This document shows, in pieces, positions 18,790 through 26,645 of a stretch of 32,000 nt of DNA. Location of the stretch: contig NZ_JAYKGW010000124.1 of the NCBI RefSeq assembly GCF_035285525.1, forward strand, positions 3,226 through 35,225, given 5' to 3'. The number at the start of each line of letters is the position of its first letter. The stretch's first letter is position 1. The notes below the pieces were generated by a model. That model saw only the letters and a list, made by a program, of their open reading frames with translations, made no database searches and was not told where the DNA came from. Both the position numbers and the translations under genes were made by a program. Source of the stretch: Okeania sp. (GTDB lineage: Bacteria; Cyanobacteriota; Cyanobacteriia; Cyanobacteriales; Microcoleaceae).

Positions 18790-19145
18790 TACTGTCGCCA
18801 GTCTGAAATGAAAACCTCTGTCAAATAAATTCAGGTATGTAGCGTTTCCAAAGTTAATTAGGAGATTTTATCTAACCGGGTTTGGTCTCCAAATCCCATT
18901 TTTATTTGAGTTGGAAAACTAAACCCCGACAACTTTTTTTTTCACAAATTATTTAGGATTACTATAGCTGATAAGTTAATACTAAAAGCTGATAGTTTAG
19001 TTAAACTTAAATAGGACTTACACGGGAGGAACCCGGTTTCTACGACCAATGTTGTTTTAAACTGTAAACGTCTATGAGAAACCGGGTTTCTGGGTTGATA
19101 ACTGAATACTAAAAGCTAATAGCTACTTAAACTTTAAACTTATAC

Positions 19146-20090
19146 CTAATCAGCATTTTTTCTATACCAATCAATTGTATTCTTCAACCCTTGTTTAAAA
19201 TCTACCTCAGCAACAAAGCCAAACTTTTCCTTAGCTTTTTCTGTATCTAAACATCTTCTTGGTTGACCATTAGGTTTATCAGTTTCCCAAACTAACTCTC
19301 CCTCAAAGTCCATTAACTCACAAATTAACTCTACTAAATCACGAATTTTTACTTCATAATTAGTTCCTAAATTAATAGGATAGGACTCATTATAAAATTG
19401 AGTTGCCATAACAATAGCCCTAGCAGCATCTGTAGAATATAAAAATTCACGACTTGGACTACCATCACCCCAAACCGGAAATTTTTTATCCCCTCTTTGT
19501 TGAGCTTCATATACTTTCCTAATTAAAGCAGGAATTACATGAGAACTTTTAGGGTCAAAATTATCTTCTGGTCCATACAAATTTACAGGTAAAAGATAAA
19601 TACCATTAAAATTATACTGTTGACGATAAGCATCTAATTGAACTAAAAGAGCTTTTTTAGCAATACCATAGGGAGCATTAGTTTCTTCTGGATAACCATT
19701 CCAAAGATCTTCTTCTTTAAAAGGAACCGGAGTAAATTTTGGATAAGCACATATGGAACCTACACAGACAAATTTTTCTACATTTGCTCTATAAGCACAA
19801 TCAATTAATTGTGTCCCCATCATCAAATTATCGTAAAATAATTCAGCAGGTTTTTCCTTATTTAAACCAATACCTCCGACATGAGCAGCAAGGTGAATTA
19901 TAATATCTTGTCCTTCAACAGCTCTTTGACAAGCTTCCAAAGTTCTAAGGTCATAATCACGGGATCTAGGTATAGAAATTTTATCAGGATTAGCTCCTGC
20001 TTTCTGAAGTTGGTCTACAACTTGACGTCCCAGAAAACCAGCTCCACCTGTTACCACAATATTCTTGTTTTCTAACTCTAATTTACTCAT
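19146..20090 (-). CDS. fcl: GDP-L-fucose synthase (GDP-4-keto-6-deoxy-D-mannose 3,5-epimerase/4-reductase)
   Basis: 314-aa ORF. It has the Rossmann motif VTGGAGFLG and the SDR catalytic motif YGIAKKAL, with extended-SDR length and layout. It lies adjacent to gmd. Confidence 0.85.
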   Translation of the reverse strand: MSKLELENKNIVVTGGAGFLGRQVVDQLQKAGANPDKISIPRSRDYDLRTLEACQRAVEGQDIIIHLAAHVGGIGLNKEKPAELFYDNLMMGTQLIDCAYRANVEKFVCVGSICAYPKFTPVPFKEEDLWNGYPEETNAPYGIAKKALLVQLDAYRQQYNFNGIYLLPVNLYGPEDNFDPKSSHVIPALIRKVYEAQQRGDKKFPVWGDGSPSREFLYSTDAARAIVMATQFYNESYPINLGTNYEVKIRDLVELICELMDFEGELVWETDKPNGQPRRCLDTEKAKEKFGFVAEVDFKQGLKNTIDWYRKNAD

Positions 20091-20192
20091 TAAAAACCTC
20101 CAAAATTAATACGAATTAGACTTTATTTCTGAGTATTGTAGTTGAAAATAAGTCTTCAGCTATAGCAATCTTAAATAGTGTAAGATTTGATC

Positions 20193-20322
20193 GTAGGGGT
20201 TTGGTTTCCAAATCCGTTGTAGAGGTTTGGTTTCCAAATCTCTTGTAGGGGTTTGGTTTCCAAATCCGTTGTAGGGGTTTGGTTTCCAAATCTCTTGTAG
20301 AGGTTTGGTCTCCAAATCCCTT
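20193..20322. repeat. tandem array of 5 units of 26 bp, each an imperfect palindrome
   Basis: The units GTAG(G/A)GGTTTGGT(T/C)TCCAAATC(C/T)(G/C)TT start at 20193, 20219, 20245, 20271 and 20297. The core GGTTTGGTTTCCAAATCC is self-complementary. Confidence 0.9.
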
Positions 20323-20478
20323 AAAAGTTTAATGCTTAACCTAAGATTAAATAAACCCGCCCTAATGCACAAAGTTAGGCGTTTTAGTCCAGTAGGGAGG
20401 GTTGGGCAAGAATATTTATGCTAGTAAATCAAATTAAAGTTGGTTAATGTTGATAATGCCAAAATATGATGAAAAGCA

Positions 20479-20615
20479 ATATAGCAATCCTAAATAAAAT
20501 GTAACAATTCAAAGATTAGAAATAAATTCTGAAAATCTAGCCCATAATTTGTTATCTATTCCCTAATTATTAAAAGGTGACAAGACGTTTGACAAAAAAA
20601 ATAGGATTGCTATAT
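20479..20615. mobile_element. 137-bp MITE-like element of the TATAGCAAT-TIR family
   Basis: The left end is ATATAGCAATCCT. The right end is AGGATTGCTATAT, a perfect 13-bp inverted repeat. Confidence 0.7.
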
Positions 20616-20664
20616 TATTTCCAAAAAGTTAAATTTTCCTAACTAATCAATTAGCCCAAAAATT

Positions 20665-21693
20665 CTAATCAAAACCACTGCCAACTATAGTAGATTTCTC
20701 TAAAGCTTTAATATCAGCATCAACCATCAAATGTACTAATTCTGTAAACGTAACTGATGGTTTCCAACCTAACTTTTCTTGTGCTTTTGTACAGTCACCA
20801 ATTAATAAATCAACCTCAGCAGGACGTAAATAACGGGAGTCAAACTCTACATAATCTTGCCATTTTAGATTTACATGAGTAAAAGCTATATCTAGAAATT
20901 CCTTAATAGAATGAGTTTCATTTGTAGCAATTACATAATCATCCGCTTCCTCCTGCTGTAGCATCATCCACATAGCTCGAACATAATCCTTAGCATATCC
21001 CCAATCTCGTTTAGCGTCCAAATTACCAAGATAAAGTTTTTTCTGTTTACCTGCTACAATTCTAGCTACAGCACGAGTAATTTTACGAGTTACAAAAGTC
21101 TCACCTCGACGAGGACTTTCATGGTTAAATAATATACCATTACAAGCAAAAAGATTGTATGATTCTCGATAATTTATGGTTTGCCAGTGAGCATAAACCT
21201 TAGCACAAGAATAAGGACTCCGGGGGTAAAAAGGAGTAGTTTCTTTTTGAGGTACTTCCTGCACTTTACCAAACATTTCTGAGGAACCAGCTTGATAAAA
21301 ACGAACTTCAATTCCAGTACGTTTTTGGTAGTCTCGAATCGCTTCGAGTAAACGTAGAGCGCCCATTCCTACCGCATCTACTGTATATTCTGGAGAATCA
21401 AAGCTAACCTTAACATGGGACTGGGCACCTAAGTTATATATTTCTACTGGCTTAACTTCTTCAATAATTCGACGTAGGGTAGTCCCATCAGTTAAGTCTC
21501 CGTAATGGAGAAATAACTGAGCATTAGGATTATGAGGATCTTGATATATATGGTCTATTCTATTTGTATTGAAGCTGGAACTACGTCTGATAATACCATG
21601 AACCTCATAATTTTTCTCAAGCAAAAGTTCACTTAAGTATGAACCATCTTGACCAGTAATACCAGTAATTAGCGCTCGTTTCCTTTCAGTCAT
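20665..21693 (-). CDS. gmd: GDP-mannose 4,6-dehydratase
   Basis: 342-aa ORF. It has [19 protein letters not shown], the catalytic motif [10 protein letters not shown], and [17 protein letters not shown], which is typical of Gmd. Confidence 0.92.
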   Translation of the reverse strand: MTERKRALITGITGQDGSYLSELLLEKNYEVHGIIRRSSSFNTNRIDHIYQDPHNPNAQLFLHYGDLTDGTTLRRIIEEVKPVEIYNLGAQSHVKVSFDSPEYTVDAVGMGALRLLEAIRDYQKRTGIEVRFYQAGSSEMFGKVQEVPQKETTPFYPRSPYSCAKVYAHWQTINYRESYNLFACNGILFNHESPRRGETFVTRKITRAVARIVAGKQKKLYLGNLDAKRDWGYAKDYVRAMWMMLQQEEADDYVIATNETHSIKEFLDIAFTHVNLKWQDYVEFDSRYLRPAEVDLLIGDCTKAQEKLGWKPSVTFTELVHLMVDADIKALEKSTIVGSGFD

Positions 21694-21952
21694 TGCAGTT
21701 AATATTTACAAAGTATTGATTATGTTCTCGGCCTTCAGGACACCGATTTGCCTAACATATCGTCTTTTTACTATAACACTTACTCTTAATCCAGGTAGTT
21801 TTGATAAATTAGCTGAATGTTTGTCAGAAAAGAGGAAACAGGAAATCAAAAAGAAGAAAAACAACTGTGCCTTATAACTTCGGAAATTGCTAAAAGCTAG
21901 GTAATAATAAGGCTTTTAGCGAAGTTTACACTCTCAGCTCTTATTAATTTTT

Positions 21953-22213
21953 AATTAGGGTTGGCGTATGGAAATCTAAAAGTCTTTAAAGATAAAGCTT
22001 TTAGCATTTTTAGTCATGGAAAAAGTACCTGGTTTTCAGTTCTTCATAGTCAAAATTTTAGCATTTTAGGCAAGATAGGGACTGAAAATAAAGGGAAGAT
22101 TATTCTGTACGGACGTTGCATCCAACGTCTCTCCTATAATCTCCATTTCTTCTGGATTCTGAATTCTGATTCCTATTCTTAACCACTCATAGTTTTGAGC
22201 GGAAGCCCTAATT
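21953..22213. mobile_element. 261-bp MITE-like element of the AATTAGGG-TIR family (opposite orientation to the 10651 copy)
   Basis: The left end is AATTAGGGTTGGCG. The reverse complement of the right end is AATTAGGGCTTCCGCTC. It contains the nested near-palindrome GGACGTTGCATCCAACGTCT (22109-22128). Its right end abuts the heptamer tract. Confidence 0.6.
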
Positions 22214-22279
22214 ATTAATTATTAATTATTAATTATTAATTATTAATTATTAATTATTAATTATTAATTATTAATTATT
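22210..22279. repeat. perfect heptamer tandem repeat (AATTATT)x10
   Basis: I counted ten exact units starting at 22210. Shorter and degenerate tracts of the same heptamer occur at 3301-3335, 5857-5895, 8311-8335, 8755-8778, 16321-16370, 18005-18040, 27935-28000 and 28341-28365. Confidence 0.95.
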
Positions 22280-22394
22280 TAACCTATTTCATAAATTTGG
22301 GTTAGAGTTGCAATATTTGTGAAAATATTACTAACCTCTAACCCTAATAATAACTTTAGATAAGTTGAAATCTCTCAGCCTGAATTACAAAGAA

Positions 22395-23126
22395 TTAGTA
22401 AGCACCGTTATTCTTAGGAAAAACAACAATACCAATTGTTTTAAAAATGATCCATATATCTATCCAAAAATTTCTGAAGTTAACATAGTAAAGGTCAATT
22501 TGCACCCTTTTGGGATAAGGAATATCATTACGACCAGAAACTTGCCACAAACCAGTAATACCAGGCTTAATAGTCAGAATCTTATCCATGTGATGACCAT
22601 ATTTCGGTAGTTCTTCAACCACTAATGGTCTCGGCCCTACTACACTCATATCACCTTTTAAAACATTCCAAAATTGAGGAAATTCATCTAAACTTGTAAC
22701 TCTCAGAAATTTACCAACCCATGTAATTCGAGGATCATGTTTTAATTTAAAGTTTTCTGCAAATTCCTGGCGCAAATGAGGGTGTTTTTGGATAATTTCT
22801 CCTAACACCTCATCTGCATTTTGCACCATAGTTCTAAACTTTAAACAACGAAATAACTTTCGATTTTTACCTACTCTTTCTTGAACATAAAAAATAGGAC
22901 CTGGGGAACTAAGTACAATTAGTAAACCTATCAGTAAGTAAAGAGGGGCAAATAATATTAAAATGGATAGAGAAAATAGGATATCAAACAATCGTTTAAA
23001 ATGTCCTAGCTCTAGGCCATCTAGAAATCGACTTTTTTGTTTGTCTCTGGGGAGGAAAGGCTGAAAAGCTCGCCCTGTAAACCCTCTAATGACTTTACCA
23101 GAGATGAATTGGCTATTAGCAGTCAT
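22395..23126 (-). CDS. polyprenyl-phosphate sugar phosphotransferase (bacterial sugar transferase family, WbaP/EpsL-like small form)
   Basis: The ORF track begins at GTG 23150. ATG at 23126 is preceded by AAGGAG with a 4-nt spacer, so I prefer MTANSQFISGK as the start. The motifs are KRLFDILFSLSILILFAPL (TM), RCLKFRTM, DEFPQFWNVLKGDMSVVGPRP and KPGITGLWQVSGRN. Confidence 0.85.
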   Translation of the reverse strand: MTANSQFISGKVIRGFTGRAFQPFLPRDKQKSRFLDGLELGHFKRLFDILFSLSILILFAPLYLLIGLLIVLSSPGPIFYVQERVGKNRKLFRCLKFRTMVQNADEVLGEIIQKHPHLRQEFAENFKLKHDPRITWVGKFLRVTSLDEFPQFWNVLKGDMSVVGPRPLVVEELPKYGHHMDKILTIKPGITGLWQVSGRNDIPYPKRVQIDLYYVNFRNFWIDIWIIFKTIGIVVFPKNNGAY

Positions 23127-23350
23127 CTTACTCCTTGATTCACACCACACACAGTCCTGATCATAATGCCTATAGAGAAATACGAGGCAAATTTGGTAAT
23201 GAAAAAGATGACTAATTTTAAATAAAGACGATTTTTCGGCTTTTGCCTAAGTTTTTCTGTATCTAATATATCGGAATTTTAAAAAAATTTTATAATTTAA
23301 AAATCAAAATTTACTATATAGTGTTGTCCCATTTTTTCAGGAAGTTGAAA

Positions 23351-25048
23351 TTATGCAGTCACAATTGTAGAGTTAGCAGTCTCAATAATTATATTTTCAA
23401 TGGCCTCAACCGATAAATTAGGATTAGCTTGTTTAACTAAAGCTACTACACCTGCAACATGAGGGGTCGCCATAGAAGTACCTGCTAAGAAACCATAAGA
23501 AGTACCTTTTACGGAAAGAGGTACAGGACCGTAGATATCTCCTGCATCTTTTGTGCTACCATCTCCTCCTGGAGCAACAACATAATCTAAAGGTTGGTTT
23601 CCAACTGTATTAGAGAAAGAAGAAAACTTCCCATCTTGTTCCACTGACCCAACTGCGATTCCGTACTCATCAGCTAATCTGGCTGGATAATCAGGACTAC
23701 TGGAACTATCATTACCAGCAGCAGAAACAAATACAACTCCCATCTCCGCAGCATAGCGAATAGCTTCCAGTTCATCGCTAACTAAATTTTGTCCACCAGA
23801 GCTAAAGTTAATCACATCTGCTCCATTATCAACTGCATATTTAATAGCTGCTATACCATCGCTCACTTTGCCTTGTCCCCGATCGTCCAATATCCTAATA
23901 GCCATGATTTCGGCATTGGGAGCTACTCCAGTTGTTCCTACTCCATCTTTTTTAGCAGCGATAGTCCCAGCTATATGAGTTCCATGACCTTCTTCATCTA
24001 TTGGATCGTTATCATCATCAACAAAATCCCAACCTTGGACATCATCTACATAACCATTACCATCATCGTCAATATTATTGTTAGGAATTTCATCACTATT
24101 AGTCCACATTTGGCCTGTTAATTCAGGATGGGTATAGTCCACACCACTATCAATAACGGCTACTACAATATCATCTCCCTGAAAGCCTTGATTCCAAACT
24201 TCTGGGGCTTTGACTAAATCTAATCCCCACTGATTTCCTCCCATATCAATCACATCTGCAAAAGGGTTAACCTCAATTGCTCTAGCAACTGCTGCTGAGG
24301 CATCAACTAAACCATATCCAAAGATATCACTATAAGTTGGTGTTATGGAACTAGCTGTTGTGAGAAGTTCATTGGCATCTAGAGTATCTCCAAAAATTAA
24401 GCGATTTTCAATCAGATTTATATCAGATATTCCTTTAACTTTTGCTAAGGTTAAGCCATTAGTCTGAACTTGAATTAATATATCTCCTGTTGCAGTATCT
24501 TCTCTTAAAAAGATGTCATTTTCTGTTAAGTTGTCTGAGATTTTAATTATGTCAAAATTATGATTAAAGTCTTCAATAATATCTGGTGTATTTACATTGT
24601 TATTTTCTGGTTCTTGAAGAACAAATGTATCATTGCCTGTTCCTCCAATTAATGTATCTTGTCCTAAGTCGCCAGAAATTAGATCGTCACCATCTCCTCC
24701 TAATAAAATATCGTTTTCTTTCCCTCCATGAATAGTGTCGTTTCCAACTTCTCCATAAATTGTATCGTTGCCTAAATCTCCGTAAATTATATCATTACCT
24801 TCGTCAGCTTTAATCAAGTCATCACCTCTACCACCTCGTAGAGTATCAGCGCCACCTCCACCGAAAATTTCGTCGTCACCTTGATTACCATTAATTAGTT
24901 CGGGGTTGAATGAGCCTATGACTATATCATTTCCATCTAGGGCTTGTAAACCTCCTGAAAATGGAGTTAGTAAATCGGCAGGTAGAGTAAAGTTATTAGA
25001 GTTGTTATCTAATACATAGGAAAGACCATCAGAGCTAGGACCAATCAT
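23351..25048 (-). CDS. S8 (subtilisin-family) serine peptidase with N-terminal RTX Ca-binding repeats
   Basis: 565-aa ORF. GGxGxD-type nonapeptide repeats span aa ~50-150. The catalytic triad motifs are [15 protein letters not shown] (Asp), [12 protein letters not shown] (His) and [15 protein letters not shown] (Ser). Confidence 0.88.
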   Translation of the reverse strand: MIGPSSDGLSYVLDNNSNNFTLPADLLTPFSGGLQALDGNDIVIGSFNPELINGNQGDDEIFGGGGADTLRGGRGDDLIKADEGNDIIYGDLGNDTIYGEVGNDTIHGGKENDILLGGDGDDLISGDLGQDTLIGGTGNDTFVLQEPENNNVNTPDIIEDFNHNFDIIKISDNLTENDIFLREDTATGDILIQVQTNGLTLAKVKGISDINLIENRLIFGDTLDANELLTTASSITPTYSDIFGYGLVDASAAVARAIEVNPFADVIDMGGNQWGLDLVKAPEVWNQGFQGDDIVVAVIDSGVDYTHPELTGQMWTNSDEIPNNNIDDDGNGYVDDVQGWDFVDDDNDPIDEEGHGTHIAGTIAAKKDGVGTTGVAPNAEIMAIRILDDRGQGKVSDGIAAIKYAVDNGADVINFSSGGQNLVSDELEAIRYAAEMGVVFVSAAGNDSSSSPDYPARLADEYGIAVGSVEQDGKFSSFSNTVGNQPLDYVVAPGGDGSTKDAGDIYGPVPLSVKGTSYGFLAGTSMATPHVAGVVALVKQANPNLSVEAIENIIIETANSTIVTA

Positions 25049-25130
25049 AGTTTTTTTTATTAATGTTTATTTGTAAGCATTCAGCTAATAAGCTGTTAAG
25101 TGTTTAAAATGCAATTTGTTCTATAACTTG

Positions 25131-25733
25131 TTAGGGTTTGTTGAAACAGTCTTTTGGTTTAGGTAGGGAGTAGCGCCGTGTCAAGACTAAAATTGTGTGT
25201 GGGTTAGGAGTGAGTAACAAGTGAAGACCTCTCCCCCAACCCCTCTCCTGTAAGGAGAGGGGAGACAACTCCCCCTTCCCTTGTAGGAAAGGGGGTTGGG
25301 GGGTTAGGTTTCTTATCCCCCAACCCCTCTCCTTCCTGCAAGGAGAGGAGAGACAACTCCCCCTTCCCTTGTAGGAAAGGGGGTTGGGGGGTTAGGTTTC
25401 TTAATTCACATTTTTAAGCTTGATGCGCCAGTAGTTAGAAATCAGAATAAATAGGGAGTTATAGAGAAAGTGGTTGGAAAAATAGTTCCTTGATTTTTCT
25501 GTCATAGTGAACCAAAAATGCTGATTGATAGGCATCAATCTGAGCTACCTAAGAGCTGCATACTTTTTGATACCTAAAGAGGCTAAAACCTTTGGTGGTG
25601 CTTCACAAGTAGTGATTTGAGCATTTCCACTACCTAAGACTTAAAGGGATTTACTTATAAATATCACTACCTCTATAGGACTACCAAACCTTTGTCCGTA
25701 AAAACTTCTAGATTTAATCAGCAAACCCTAATT
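25131..25733. mobile_element. ~600-bp non-autonomous element of the TTAGGG-TIR family with nested GC-rich repeats
   Basis: The left end is TTAGGGTTTGTTGAAA. The right end is TCAGCAAACCCTAATT. There is no ORF of 60 aa or more. It contains the tandem 84/88-bp GC-rich palindromic units at 25232-25403. Confidence 0.6.
25232..25403. repeat. two tandem GC-rich units (84 and 88 bp), each able to fold into a multi-hairpin structure
   Basis: The unit is TCCCCCAACCCCTCTCC-TGTAAGG-AGAGGGGAGACAACTCCCCCTTCCCTTGTAGGAAAGGGGGTTGGGGGGTTAGGTTTCTTA. The outer pairing is CCCCCAACCCC/GGGGTTGGGGG. The inner hairpins are CTCTCC/GGAGAG and CCCCCTTCC/GGAAAGGGGG. Confidence 0.85.
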
Positions 25734-26076
25734 AATAATGCAACCCTTATTAATTTTGATTTCTGACTCCTAATTCTAACTTGCGACAACGCATTTTAAA
25801 AGCCTCTTATAGAAACTAATAAATTATATAATATCCGGATAATTAATAGATTTAAGTCCGCAGCGACTATGACGAAGTGAAATAAAGCAATATCAACTGT
25901 TTCGGGAAATTACTTTTTATCGTCACTGCGGAAAAATGTTCAATTCGGTTCTATATTAAGCAAGCTATCTGACAAATTAAATGTTGACTTTTGTCAAAAG
26001 CTAATGAATCAGGACTTACGCAAATTCACTATGTATAGGGTGTCGGTGCGTTACGAAGTACGCTAACACACCCTAC

Positions 26077-26197
26077 TGGACAGTTTCACCTAAAATGGTG
26101 CATTACTTTTTGGCTGTGTCTAGACAAGGAAGACAAGGAAGACAAGGTGGTAAGCGAGAAAAAATCGCTCTGCACAGTTTTAGGTGTGTCAGTCCAC
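26077..26197. mobile_element. second copy of the palindromic ~120-bp (AGACAAGGA)x3 element
   Basis: TGGACAGTTTCACCTAAAATGGTGCATTACTTTTTGGCTGTGTCTAGACAAGGAAGACAAGGAAGACAAGGTGG...TGCACAGTTTTAGGTGTGTCAGTCCAC aligns along its whole length with 13339-13457. Confidence 0.8.
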
Positions 26198-26229
26198 TAT
26201 TAATAGCGTTTATGTGTAAGTGCAATAGA

Positions 26230-26322
26230 TGTAGGTTGGGTTGTTTCGCGCTCCGCGACATGAACGCGCACTTCGTTGCGGAGCATGGAACTTAGCTTGC
26301 TTCTGTGCAGGAGTAACCCAAC
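26230..26322. repeat. GTAGGTTGGGTT...AACCCAACA hairpin element with a 72-bp insertion in its loop
   Basis: The sequence is GTAGGTTGGGTT[GTTTCGCGCTCCGCGACATGAACGCGCAC...GCAGGAGT]AACCCAACA. The 31-nt uninterrupted form is at 13306-13336. Confidence 0.7.
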
Positions 26323-26487
26323 AAAAATTTTGCTCCCCTACTCCCTAATGCACACTCATTAGCTGTGTCGGTCTACTACTAATAGCGTTCATGGGTAAGT
26401 CCTGTGAATATAGCAATTCTATTTGATTCGTGTAGAAAATTTTATTGCTTTTAGGTAAACAGCGGTCATTTTGCTGCACAACATAAA

Positions 26488-26578
26488 CAGGACTTATGCA
26501 GCCACCCTAGATATAGTGTTTAAAACTCTTGCAAAATAGTTTCTTAACTCTATATATAGTACCTTGGCGTAAGTCCTG
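26488..26578. mobile_element. 91-bp MITE with CAGGACTTATGCA / TGGCGTAAGTCCTG ends (subfamily 2)
   Basis: It has the same TIR as the other family members but a different interior (CTAGATATAGTGTTTAAAACTCTTGCAAAATAG...). An inverted, diverged copy lies at 27741-27830. Confidence 0.7.
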
Positions 26579-26645
26579 ATCAAAAAAACGTATTTAGTAT
26601 CGACCGCTGTTCCCTATTTCCTGTTCCCTTCTTTTTCAGCAAACC

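Larger units (their letters stand above)
26010..26404. mobile_element. composite ~395-bp element bounded by CAGGACTTACGCA / TGGGTAAGTCCTG inverted repeats and filled with other repeat families
   Basis: The left TIR is at 26010-26022 and the right TIR at 26391-26404. The interior holds the 121-bp palindromic element (26077-26197), a degenerate duplicate of the right-end module (26170-26224 versus 26348-26403), and the interrupted GTAGGTTGGGTT hairpin element (26230-26322). Confidence 0.6.

Noticed and set aside
20160-20372. A 70-aa ORF with the repeated peptide RDLETKPLQ.
   Set aside because: It is a translation of the 26-bp palindromic tandem array.
21961-22610. The ORFs at 21961-22182 (73 aa) and 22365-22610 (81 aa).
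   Set aside because: The first lies inside the 21953-22213 MITE. The second is antisense to the 3' end of the well-supported sugar transferase gene.
23127-23150. The upstream GTG start given by the ORF track for the sugar transferase.
   Set aside because: The internal ATG at 23126 has a canonical AAGGAG Shine-Dalgarno sequence at appropriate spacing. The extra eight residues (MWCESRSK) have no support.
25845-25850. TCCGGA hexamers at 25845, 13625, 11009 and 27674 could be heterocyst-specific DIF promoter motifs.
   Set aside because: I found no acceptable -10 box at the expected spacing downstream of any of them. Two of the four lie inside a repeat module shared between MITE copies.
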